Of a DNA stretch of 64,000 bases, positions 24,649 through 35,250 are shown piece after piece. Position numbers and translations under genes: made by a program. The notes under the pieces are model-generated. The model saw nothing but the letters and a program-made list of their open reading frames with translations, ran no database searches and was not told the DNA's origin. The number at the start of each line of letters is the position of its first letter. The stretch's first letter is position 1. Source of the DNA: Epiperipatus broadwayi (lineage: Eukaryota > Animalia > Onychophora); the NCBI GenBank assembly GCA_028023455.1, contig JAQFVV010000005.1, forward strand, positions 9,982,001 through 10,046,000, given 5' to 3'.

Positions 24649-25441
24649 ACATTCATATCGGCCTTTCAAGCCAATTGTGCAAACGCTTTGTGAGTGTTAA
24701 ATAATAAATGAATACCCTCTGACCAATACAAGATATAGAATTTATGCAGGAATAAAAAGAATCCCTCTTATTCCTACGACTCAAATATTTATATATGAGC
24801 AAATCTGAAGTACTGGAACAGAAGGCGTGACGATAGAACGGTCACTTTAAATTACTATATACAATGTCTGAATGAATGACGCCGATGAAATTTTCTAGAA
24901 TTTACTAAACGTCATTCCAACTGAAACTTAATCATATATATAAATAAGCATTTATTTTTTATAGCGTCTGTATATAATTGTAATTACATTCATATTGGCC
25001 TTTCAAGCCAATTGTGCAAACGCTTTGCGAGTGTTAAATAATAAATGAATACCCTCTGACCAATACAAGATATAGAATTTATGCAGGAATAAAAAGAATC
25101 CCTCTTATTCCTACGACTCAAATATTTATATATGAGAAAATCTGAAGTACTGGAACAGAAGGCTCATTCATTCAGACATTGTATATAGTAATTTAAAGTG
25201 ACTGTTCTATCGTCACGCCTTCTGTTCCAGTACTTCAGATTTGCTCATATATTAATATTTGAGTCGTAGGAATAAGAGGGATTCTTTTTATTCCTGCATA
25301 AATTCTATATCTTGTATTGGTCAGAGGGTATTCATTTATTATTTAACACTCGCAAAGCGTTTGCACAATTGGCTTGAAAGGCCGATATGAATGTAATTAC
25401 AATTATATACAGACGCTATAAAAAATAAATGCTTATTTATA
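24649..25441 (-). mobile_element. Young PLE-like non-autonomous element: 337-bp monomer, partial tandem plus inverted arm
   Basis: Direct repeat with period 337 (24650 and 24987) to 25163, then an inverted near-identical copy 25164-25441. 13-bp TSD AATAGTAAATATT at 24636-24648 and 25442-25454. Strand inferred from arm geometry. Confidence 0.8.
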
Positions 25442-26022
25442 AATAGTAAATATTGTAAATAGGGATTTAATATTTAAACGTATATATGTGTATAATTTAT
25501 CGCATGTACATACGTAAGTTATATATATACGTGAAGATAAAAATACTTCGTTAATTTAAAATAATATACTTTAATAGATGTGTTATGTTCAAAACAACAT
25601 GTAAACAAATCCTTTTAGATAGGAAGGTTAATTAACGAAGGAACTTTGCAGATAAACAAGATGGTTAATTAAAAAGCAATCGAACTGCAAAGGATAATCA
25701 ATCAAAGTAAAATTTAAACCAAAAGGTAAACTGGTAGGGATTGATCCGACCAGGATGGACAAAATTGACCAATCAAATGCAGAAAATCAGGACTGGAAAA
25801 ATGAGTGAATGTGTAAAGCATTTTTGACACTTAAAACTGGGAACCCTACCGATGCAGTTGAACTGGGAAAGGCGCTGAACGTCGCTTATTTAGCACGGTA
25901 GTCCAAGAGCGGACAGCTGGCCTCCGAACGTCCAAGAGTCAGCATAGGGACTATAAAGTAGGTCGTATAAATTTTCATTATTATTTTTATATGCCTTCGG
26001 GTTTGTTAATATAAATAGAAAT

Positions 26023-26898
26023 CAGGGATGCCCAACCCGTAGCTCGCGAGTCACATGTGGCTCGCGTAACTGTTTAATGTGGCTCGAATTGCACTCTTCA
26101 AAAAAATTGATAAAATATTTTATGTTCCTTGATGGCTCATGCACACACTAAAAAAATAAACATTTTTACAATACAAACAATAACGATATGCAGTGTCAGG
26201 TTTCACATTAAATAAAATATATTTTTTCTGTAATTGTAATTTATATGTATGTTACCAAATTTTTAATAAATAAAATGTATTTACATTTTTATTTCTTTTT
26301 AACATATTACACCATTTTTTTTTTTTTTTGCTGTACACGTTTGGTTTGGTGCTATATATATATTGTGTTTAGTGCTCTTGTATATATTGTTGTTTTTATC
26401 GAGAAAGATCCTTGTAGACGTTTGGTTTGGTGCTGTATATATATTGTGTTTAGTGCTGGAAATAGTTTTTATCGAGATAAATCCGTGTACACGTATATAT
26501 TTTGCTGTATATATCGATGTTTAGTGCTGTAAACAGTTGTTTTTATCCGTGTACACGTATATATTTTGCTGTATATATATATATTGATGTTTAGTGCTGT
26601 AAATAGTTGTTTTTATCGAGATAGATTCGTGTACACATATATATTTTGCTGTATATATTGATGTTTTCATCGAGAAAGATCCGTGTACACGTTATTTTGG
26701 CCACATTAGAAACGGCGGATTGATACCAATGTGAATAGGCCGTCCGTCCCCCCCCACCTATCTCCCTACATTGCAGGTTTAGTACCCAAGTACCATGTTT
26801 ATAAATGTAATATGAAAAATGTAATATATAATTGTGGCTCCCCAAATTTTTTTAAATTCTCAACTGGTTCGCGTCAAGTTAAAGGTTGGGCACCACTG
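26023..26898. mobile_element. Non-autonomous hAT (Charlie/Buster-like) DNA transposon, 876 bp
   Basis: 15-bp TIR CAGGGATGCCCAACC / GGTTGGGCACCACTG (2 mismatches), subterminal GTGGCTC motifs, right flank AAATAGAT (nnnTAnnn) and left flank AAATAGAAAT (TSD with probable 2-nt slippage). Confidence 0.88.
26330..26690. repeat. Internal minisatellite of the hAT element, about five imperfect ~60-75 bp units
   Basis: Recurring GTGTACACGT...GCTGTATATAT...GTTTAGTGCT...TTTTATCGAGA blocks. Confidence 0.85.
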
Positions 26899-29815
26899 AA
26901 ATAGATTATGATTGTTTAAATGTATTACTGTAAATATGTATATATTAGTGTGTTATAATTGAATATGTTTTCTTATTCCACCGGCATTAGTCTTTGTCAT
27001 AAAATTATTGCATGCATATATAGTCAGTGCAAGGGTTAGCTTACTGCATAGATTGTTCGCCAGTGATTATTATAACTGGCGGATATAACAAAAGCAAAAT
27101 GAAAATGTTCAGTAGATTGCAATTTATGGATAATAAGAGAATAGCCAAAATAGTATTTAACCAGATTATGAAGGACAGGCAACAAGATGGGTGAGAAATG
27201 TAATATGATACACAGAAGATTTGGATAAAAACTTTATGTCTGTATACTTATACAAAATTGGGATGATTGTGTTAGGATAATTGTTGAGTGTTATAGTGGC
27301 AAAGAATGGGATAGAAGAATAGATGTATTAATAAAAAAAATAGGGAGTTGGCGAAATGGAGAATAAAAAGAGTTGAAATATATATAGAAGTAAACAGAAT
27401 ATTAGGTGCCGAGTTAATTTACGATAATAGCAAGGAAAGTAGTTTACTATTTAATGCTCGAACAGAATCGTTAGCGACAAGAGAATATGCACATAAATGG
27501 AGAAATGTGGATGATTTCTGCAAGTTGTGGAAGGAAGGCGTGAAAAATATTAGTCATCTATTAATTGAATGTAGATGCTTACTAGCAGAAAGAGTACAAA
27601 TAATAAAGTTGTGGGAGAATAAATACAAACAAAGTAATTGTACAGAAAGTGGGTTTTGTTTTTCATACTGGTTTTGAAAAAATATAAGAGGGATTTAAAT
27701 ATAAAGGGCATAGAACGGACTAAGATAATGATGTGAAAATGGGATGGAGCTGGGTAGAGAAGAATATGGGAAAAACTTAAGGTCGGGAATGGAAATGGAA
27801 GGTAAGTTGGCAAATAGATTTCTCGGGGCATTGTGGCTGAGAGATTCCTGACTCCGAGAAAGGAGCAGCCATAGTGCATCGCATCGCATCGTAAAAAAAA
27901 AAAAAAAAACAATTAAAGAGAAACCATTTTACATCACATCAACAAAACAGTAAAATGCTTTTTCATTTAATCTTAAGACGCCAGTGTTTTCAAAGCATAG
28001 CTTTAAATACAATACCTTGAGGATTTAAGTAAGATTTTATTGCTAGAATTCTATAATTTATTTTTTACTTAAACTTGTATGGATTAATATGGTGCTAAAA
28101 ATAACTTAAATAGGCTTACTTAAATTAAAAATACATTTTAAAATAATAAACATAAGTTAATTTTTTTTTTCCATATTATAATTGAAATAAATGTTTCTAT
28201 TTTTTTTTTTGTTATACTTTCTACATCCATTAAATCTCCAAAATAAATGGGATTTTATATTTAACAGATAGCGTAATTGAATTTTAGGAATTCCAAGACT
28301 TTCATTTTATTTGTTTAAATTGTATAAAATAAAAAGAATACGGAAAATTTTGTTTATATTTGTGTGAAAGAAAAAATATATCTGGCTTTTCAACTTCATT
28401 TTTTTTCTACTTTCTAATCAAATGACTGCCAAGGGCAAAGCTGATTCTATCTGAAATAATACGTTGATAAAATTCCTTCATAAACGGAATGTTTGCTTTT
28501 GTGATTTTTTGTCTACATATCCCATAGAGGAGCGACAATCAAAATAAAGTTAGACCAAAATTAGGGCAACCGATGAAAAATAAGTCAGAGAATAAATGGG
28601 CCGATATTAGAAGTAAATATTAAAATGATTACGGTGTATGTTAAAATAATTATCAAATGTCTAATGCTCAGGATTTCGTAAAAATTTGAGCCCTTGAAGT
28701 GTCAGTCAGCCATTCTGCCACTCCGAGCAAATTATATGTAGTGCATATATTACAAATAATTCCAAAATAATTTAGTTGTCAAGTATTTTTGTCAATCGTA
28801 ATAGTAATAATAATATTCATAGAGGAAGGAAATACTACCCATAATGATAAATGTAATTTCAGTGCTGCATGCCAGATGTTTTGTAGGAAAATCAATTTGG
28901 ATTGTTTCACTTACTTGTAGATGACATCTTAGTATAGCTGCTGGTTAGCTTCTTCAGCTCAGATTATTGCTCAATTCACAGTAATGATGCATTAGTAAGT
29001 CATAATCCAGTTGATTAAATATTGTCATTCACTTTTTCTCTAGCTGTTTTCCTAATTGTCAAATATTTTAAATCCATTTTTGTAAAAATATATTTTTTAA
29101 TATACAAGCATGATGTCCACTATATCGGATTTTAATCAATACTAAATTGGTAAACAAACGTGATTATTTTAATGAAGCATTTATTTGATCAACAACAATT
29201 CATTATCTATTAATGTTTTCAGTTGTATGAATGTTTCACTTATTAAAGTAGAAGATAATTATATTAATGATACACTTGAAATGTGCTTTGCAGTTTCTAA
29301 TTCTTCCATCTAAGATTTTAGCATTTGATAATATATGTGGCTGTATTACATCTTACTATTATGGGATACTTCTATTACTGGAATGCATCTCATGATAAAT
29401 ATCTTACTAGGGACTGCAAATTATAGTCTCTTCTGAAATATGCAATTTCTCATTTTACTTTGATGATTTGTTTTGCAAAAATGACTTTTTCATTGCAGTC
29501 ACATTACTGAATGTGCATTGAAAGATGTGTTTTCATGCATAATAAAATATGTGTAGATTTAATGATCTATGTAATAAGAACAATCTTAGTAAATGGCAAA
29601 GTATCTTGGAACATGTTTTTTGTTTTCAAAACAAAATTATGGAATATAGCATAACTTTTTACCATCACTGTGCCACTTACTGTAAGCTTTAATAAGTAAT
29701 AATAGATGTCCACAATTATTAAAAAACTAAGAGCATCATAATATATATAAAATGAACTGGTTTTAGGTCTATATGATTCTGCAAGCTAGTTAACTTAGAT
29801 TTCAAACAATAGAGA

Positions 29816-31200
29816 ATGTTTAAGAGCTTATTTACAATACAAACATTGCAATTTGCAAAAATATTAGATAGTATTATTCAAGATACTATCACTACAGTTG
29901 TATTCTATTGCCTCAGACTACTTCAACACTCAAAAGAATATATATCGATTTAATGCATTGCTAAAATGCAATATATCTTTCTGCTTTATCCAGAATAATT
30001 AAAATCATTTTATATTTTACCATTATCATAACAAAAACAAAATGATCCACCTGTGAAAGAATATGGCTGACAGCTTGATACTGTAACAGAGAAGTAAATG
30101 ATAAGTGTTGGAAGGAGATTACATTAGATCCTAAAGATCCAGGTGCACTGGTCCAAAATCCCAAGTTCCTCACTGATGAAAGCCATAGTCTTGAAACTAG
30201 TCTGGGAATATTGTATAAGATAGCATAGGATAGGGGTTTAATAAGCACTGTCACTTTGTATCTATTATTACTTATTAAAACTTGCAGTAAGTGCCACAGA
30301 GATGATGAAAAATTATGCTGCTATAACAGTAATATGTGAGCTAAAGCTGTGTGATGGAGTCAAATGAAAATTTATCTTGTAATGTCATTTTTGTAGTAGC
30401 ATTAATTAATATCAATCATGGTTCTGGATAATATATTTCCTATATCTGGAATTCAGTGTTGGCTGCACTGATTGAATAAATTATGGACAGGAAGTATTAT
30501 ACAATATTTATTAAAAAGTATTCAAACGGTACATAGTGCTGAATCTTATTATTCACTTGAATATGAAAAGTATATATTTTATTTTATATTAAATAAGCAT
30601 CTTTGGTAAATTGTTTCAGAAGGTCATAAGACATAGGAGCACCCTAAATGCAGATAGAGCATTTACATATTCTATATAATGATCTGAACCAAGTTTTTTT
30701 TCTTTATACATTACTTACCTTAGAGCTGATTCTAGATCTTTTAGCACAGAGTCTACCATTTTACTAAACTCTCTATTTTTAATTTGAATTACTTATGGTT
30801 AGATATCTCAATAATGGACAGTTTTTTCTTAATGAAATGATTTTTATTAAAATATTACTTTCCTGAAGTTCCACATAGATCTATCCTGTTTGCATTTTGA
30901 AGAATAACTGAAACATTAATATCAGTTTGTAAATATTTGATTTGTTATTATATTCTTTCAAATGTGGCATCATTTTGTTTTTGAGTTATGATAATTGTAA
31001 AATATAAAATGATGTTAGTTATTCTGTATAAAGCAGAAAGATACATTGCATTTTAGCAATGTATTAAATCAATATTTATTCTTTTGAGTGTTAAGGTGGT
31101 CTGAGGTAATAGCAGGCAACTGTAGTGATAGTATCTTGAATAATACTACCTAACATTTATGCATATTGCAATGCTTATATTATAATAAGTTCTTAAACAT
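29816..31200. mobile_element. Element with ~250-bp long inverted repeats (fold-back/MITE-like; superfamily unresolved)
   Basis: 29816-30063 is an imperfect reverse complement of 30950-31200 (e.g. GTATTATTCAAGATACTATCACTACAGTTG versus its reverse complement). No TSD or ORF identified. Confidence 0.7.
30107..30248 (+). mobile_element. Family A fragment, copy 3 (diverged), with intact HHR core at ~30166-30209
   Basis: TTCCTCA CTGATGA AAG CCATAGT CTT GAAA CTAG TC TGGGAAT, with the same upstream CATTAGATCCTAA.GATC.AGGTGCA as other family A copies. Confidence 0.75.
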
Positions 31201-33387
31201 CCTTTATTAGCTTATTATGAAAGTAAGATTAGATATTGTAGATAATGTGAACTGCTGCGTTGTAAATAATAACAATATGTACAAAATAGTTTCAAGGGAA
31301 CTTTCTTCCTTATGCTATTAAATCTAGAAATATTGATTACAAATCAGAATATACTTATTTTTTATTTATATTAAATTGATTTTTATTTGCTTTAAGATCT
31401 GAATGATGAAGTACTATTATTAACTATGATGCTATTTATAAGCATACGTATTGTCATAGTTTACAATTCAGAAATAACTCATATATGTATATATATAACA
31501 TTCACTATTCAAGATGCTTTAATCTTATTTAAAATATTAAAAAAAAATTGAATATTCATTGCTTGGAAGATCATTTGACATTTGAGCAAAAAGGTGACAG
31601 TTAAGCTATGTTTCAGACATCTTTCAACTTTTGACTCTGATACTCTACCACTGAAGTACTCATGCAGGGCATCTCTTAATGTATTTATTAGATTTAGTGA
31701 TTATTTCCAGTAATTCTGGATTAATATGTATTATATTTTTGGCACAGGTTTTTAAAATTTAATTTGGGAAAGAAAGCAAAAGTACATGGCATATATTGAA
31801 GGTTAGTTTATTATAAAATAAGAATTCTTATATTTTTGTACTCATTACTTTTAACTCATAAATGCATTTACATAATGTTAAAAAAAATCCCGCTATAAAC
31901 ATTTACCCAAATGATTATCTTCTATGAAGCAAATTTGCAAAATCTTATACGAACAATTGTGAAAGCATTCATCAAAGTGTGAAGTACATTAATAGTATTT
32001 ATTTATGTGATATATGTATTTGAATGGCATAACATGTTTTTATATTTTCCCTTTCAAAGATTTTCTTGAATAAGCTGCTTTCAGTTATAGATAAATAATT
32101 ATGAGAGACTTGGTGGAGTTTTAGGGTATCAAGAAGAATTATAGATAAGAAAAGTTTTTGAAGCATAGCTACCATTTACACATTATTTTTATTGATTTAG
32201 CCAAGGTATTTCTCTCAATCTAACAGGGAACTAGATATCCACCATTTTAAATTCATACCAGAATCATTTGAAATGAGAACATTCTAAATAAAGATGTGAA
32301 TTAGGTGTTCCAACTTTATAATTTTAATTACAGATGTTTTTAGAGTAATTTTATCAAGATGCAATAGAGGTTTAATGACAACTTTTAATTTGAACTGCTT
32401 ATGAGTTAAGACTGTTCTCAAATTTAGAATGCAATATTGTGATTAAAGACAAACTTGGATATTGAAATGCAATATTGACCTCATTATGCCACATTTAACA
32501 ACTTAAGAAGATATATCATAGTGACATAAATAATGCCAACAAGATATTTCCTAATTTATTGTATGAAGTGTGATTGATTTCTTATTTGACATATCATAAA
32601 GGCTGTAGAAATTTTTTATTTAAACATGCTACATAAGATTCTAAAAGTATAAGAGTAAGATTGTAAGACCATTCTATATAGACTATTGTTGTATAGTCAA
32701 TCTTTTGTTGGACTGATACAGATTGAAAAAAGTATTTTTACTAATTTGATTAAGGTTTTTTAGAAGAGCACTGCAGATTCCATTTACATTACATGGATTA
32801 TCTCAAAAATATTCATTTCTTTCATCAGAGAAATATTATCAAAGATAGAATGTAATGTGTGCTAAAATTGTACATAATGTTGAAGTCTTTCAAAATTTAA
32901 TTTTTCTGCAGAAGAAAGTGAAAGTCAGTTTGGCAAACTATCTACTAAACCTATTTAAAAGCCAGTATTTGATAAACAGTGTTGTGATAGTGACCCATGG
33001 ATCAAATTGAATAATTATTATTTACCTCATATTTATTTAACTTTTTATATTTTGTATTTCTGTTGTTTTCTTTTGGAGTTATAATGTTGCTACTTATTTA
33101 TTTGTGATGACAATATTAATATTTTTTTCAAAATATATCTGTGGGGCTTCAGGCTTTTCAGTGGCTCTAATATCAAGATTAAGTTCATCTTTATTGTTTT
33201 TGATATGCTCTTTTTTATTAAATTTTTTTAATTTTTTAAGATAATAGTTTTCCAGTAAATTAGATTTCATATAGTGTTAAAAATAAGTATTTCACTGACT
33301 TTCTATAGAAACAATGATTTTAATTAAATTACAATAATTTTGATTAAATTACAGTGTCATATTTTTCACATATGATCTTGTCTAACA

Positions 33388-33651
33388 GGCAAAACTCACT
33401 ATACGTATTGCCACTCATAGCAAGTTAGAGTAATCAATGGATGCCAGAAGGCTTGTGCATAAAATCCCCAACTAGTGCTTACTCATCCAATATCCCCAGA
33501 CTAGTTTATGGCTTGTGGCCTTCGTCACTGAGGAGCCTTGGATCTGAAAGCATTGCATCTAGATCTTAGGATCTAATGCACAAGCCTTCTGACATCCATT
33601 GATTATTCTAGCTTGCTGTGAGCAAGCATAAGAAATGGTGATCATGTGATA
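33388..33651 (-). mobile_element. Family A element, copy 4 (HHR core mutated: C3>G and G12>U)
   Basis: Homologous to copy 2; inversion junction at 33580/33581; 10-bp TSD TTGTCTAACA at 33378-33387 and 33652-33661. Confidence 0.9.
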
Positions 33652-33949
33652 TTGTCTAACATTGTTTTTAAATTTTAAGATTTAACGGTTTTTTTTTAAA
33701 TCTTTCTTTCCTAATTTTTTCATTAATAAAAAATTACAGTGTATTCTACTTAGACTGAGAATACGTTTTTCACTTGCATCCTCTTGACATTTTTTTATGT
33801 AACTCTGGGTATATTGATGTATAAAATAGATATATAAATCATGTATTACTGATAATAAATTATAAAGCAATTTATTTTAAAACAATTCTTTCATATACAA
33901 ATAATTTTATCATTTATTAAAGATGAAAACAAATTTGTATTCTAAGGAA

Positions 33950-35250
33950 TTCAATATTGTTGTTTATTGTTACATAAAGAAAGAATTAAGTCTTGGGCTG
34001 CAGGACGTAGACTATCTTCAACATTTTTATAGAGTTGATCAATATTTTGATATTATAATCATCAACATTGAGAATGCCATTTTGCAGAAATGTGTAGTAT
34101 AAACTGGCAAATGTATATTTAAGGCTGTTTCAGAAATGATCGGAAATTCTGTCTTAATCCTGTATTGCTTGATAACTCTGCACCTTCTTCTTGAACTTTT
34201 AATAGCAGATAATTGACATTTTTGATTTCAGTGATTATGGTTTATGAACTGAACTTAATTTTTTAGAATCAAAATTTGAAGAAAGTATTTCTGAAATTGT
34301 ATCTTCAAACATTTTAGTTGATCAGTTATAATTCTTATAATTAAATCTTTTAGAAGGTTATTTTTGAGTATAAAACATCTGTAACTGTAAAAAATTTTAA
34401 AGAACTATTTATTAGCTGTAATTTTCCATATGCTTATTATTTTTTTTGCCTTAATTTTTTATATTTAAATCATCGAATGTTTTGAAAATATCTAACAAAG
34501 AACACAGTTTAAGTTATTATGGAAAAAAAATAAAATCGGATTTCTGCTCATTCAAAAATATAAGATCATCTTTCAGTAATCTCTTTAAACTTTGCCTGCT
34601 TGAGAGCCACCTTATCATTATATGTAATAATAAGCTGACCATGTCTTTGCAAAGCTTAGTAAACAACTGTTAAGGGTATGACTTTTAATAATGTTAATAA
34701 TTTTGATAATAGTATGAAGCACTATATCAACTCTGATATTTTTTGTTATAAAGGCCTCCAAATGAAACATGTAGTGAATAAAAATGATATATCTATTGCC
34801 ACCAGCATTAACATGTGTTACAAATTCAAGATTGTTGCCATCTTTACTCCAATATCATATGCACAGACTTAGATTCAATTTTTCCAATATAAATCATTTG
34901 TGAAAAATTTATTGACATTAAGATATATATCCCATTTTAAATGCTCTTATAAAAACTGCAAAACAATTTTTCATGTATGCTATCTTTATAAGCCTATCTT
35001 ACATAAAAAAAAAAAAAGCAACTATACAATTATTTCATGTAACTGAAATGCAAATTTTGGTCTGCTATTAATCTTCTAGAATTTGTCATTACCAATTTCA
35101 AAAGTTCATTGGAAAACAATATTATTTGATAAAGGAATTTTATGAATTTCATCCCTATTTTTTCTTGTCAACTATTTCTAGTATTTTAATAGATTGTCTG
35201 GTTTGATGCTCTCCCCAGCTAAAACTTCAATTTCAAATTATATAAATTTT
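33950..35250 (-). pseudogene. Degraded hAT (Buster/Charlie, ZBED5/FAM200-like) transposase
   Basis: Minus-strand pieces KIPLSNNIV; IVLHTIIKIINIIKS.PLNS; IRWLS.GKV; KTEFPIISETALNIHLPVYTTHFCKMAFSML (hAT dimerisation domain). Many stops and frameshifts; boundaries approximate. Confidence 0.8.

Larger units (their letters stand above)
24591..27090. mobile_element. Solo LTR (~0.8 kb after removing two nested insertions)
   Basis: TGTTAT...ATAACA termini, 5-bp TSD AAAGC at 24586-24590 and 27091-27095, TATA-like CTATAAA near 25950. Removing it restores the LINE reading frame. Confidence 0.85.
20673..27910 (+). mobile_element. Near full-length degraded LINE (ORF1 PHD + SGNH esterase; ORF2 APE + RT + C-terminal Cys/His knuckle), interrupted by a solo LTR at 24591-27090
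   Basis: ORF2 remnants: GDINGHI, IDYVLV, YKPIV, QEGF..DR..GDSLFV, FIDIEKVYDKV, GLRQG, FADDV, YNYLGI. The frame EMGWSSFYMRDVKS|KMKMFSRLQFMDNKR rejoins across the LTR. 3' end has a C..C/HLLIEC remnant, stem-loop, (CATCG)n and poly(A) at ~27895-27909. 5' boundary approximate; clade (RTE-X, CR1 or L2-like) not resolved. Confidence 0.9.

Noticed and set aside
24655-24680. GGCCTTTCAAGCC as a twister ribozyme loop
   Set aside because: Loop length and the P1/P2/pseudoknot partners do not fit the twister consensus.
24873-24917. CCGATGA...TAAACGTC as a hammerhead variant
   Set aside because: No GAAA follows helix II, and the flanking 8-bp stem leaves no NUH site; kept only as a structured segment.
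26330-26690. Repeat array as CRISPR
   Set aside because: Units are imperfect tandem repeats without unique spacers, inside a eukaryotic hAT element, with no cas genes.
26245-26845. ORFs 26245-26532 and 26591-26845
   Set aside because: They are low-complexity translations of the hAT internal minisatellite.
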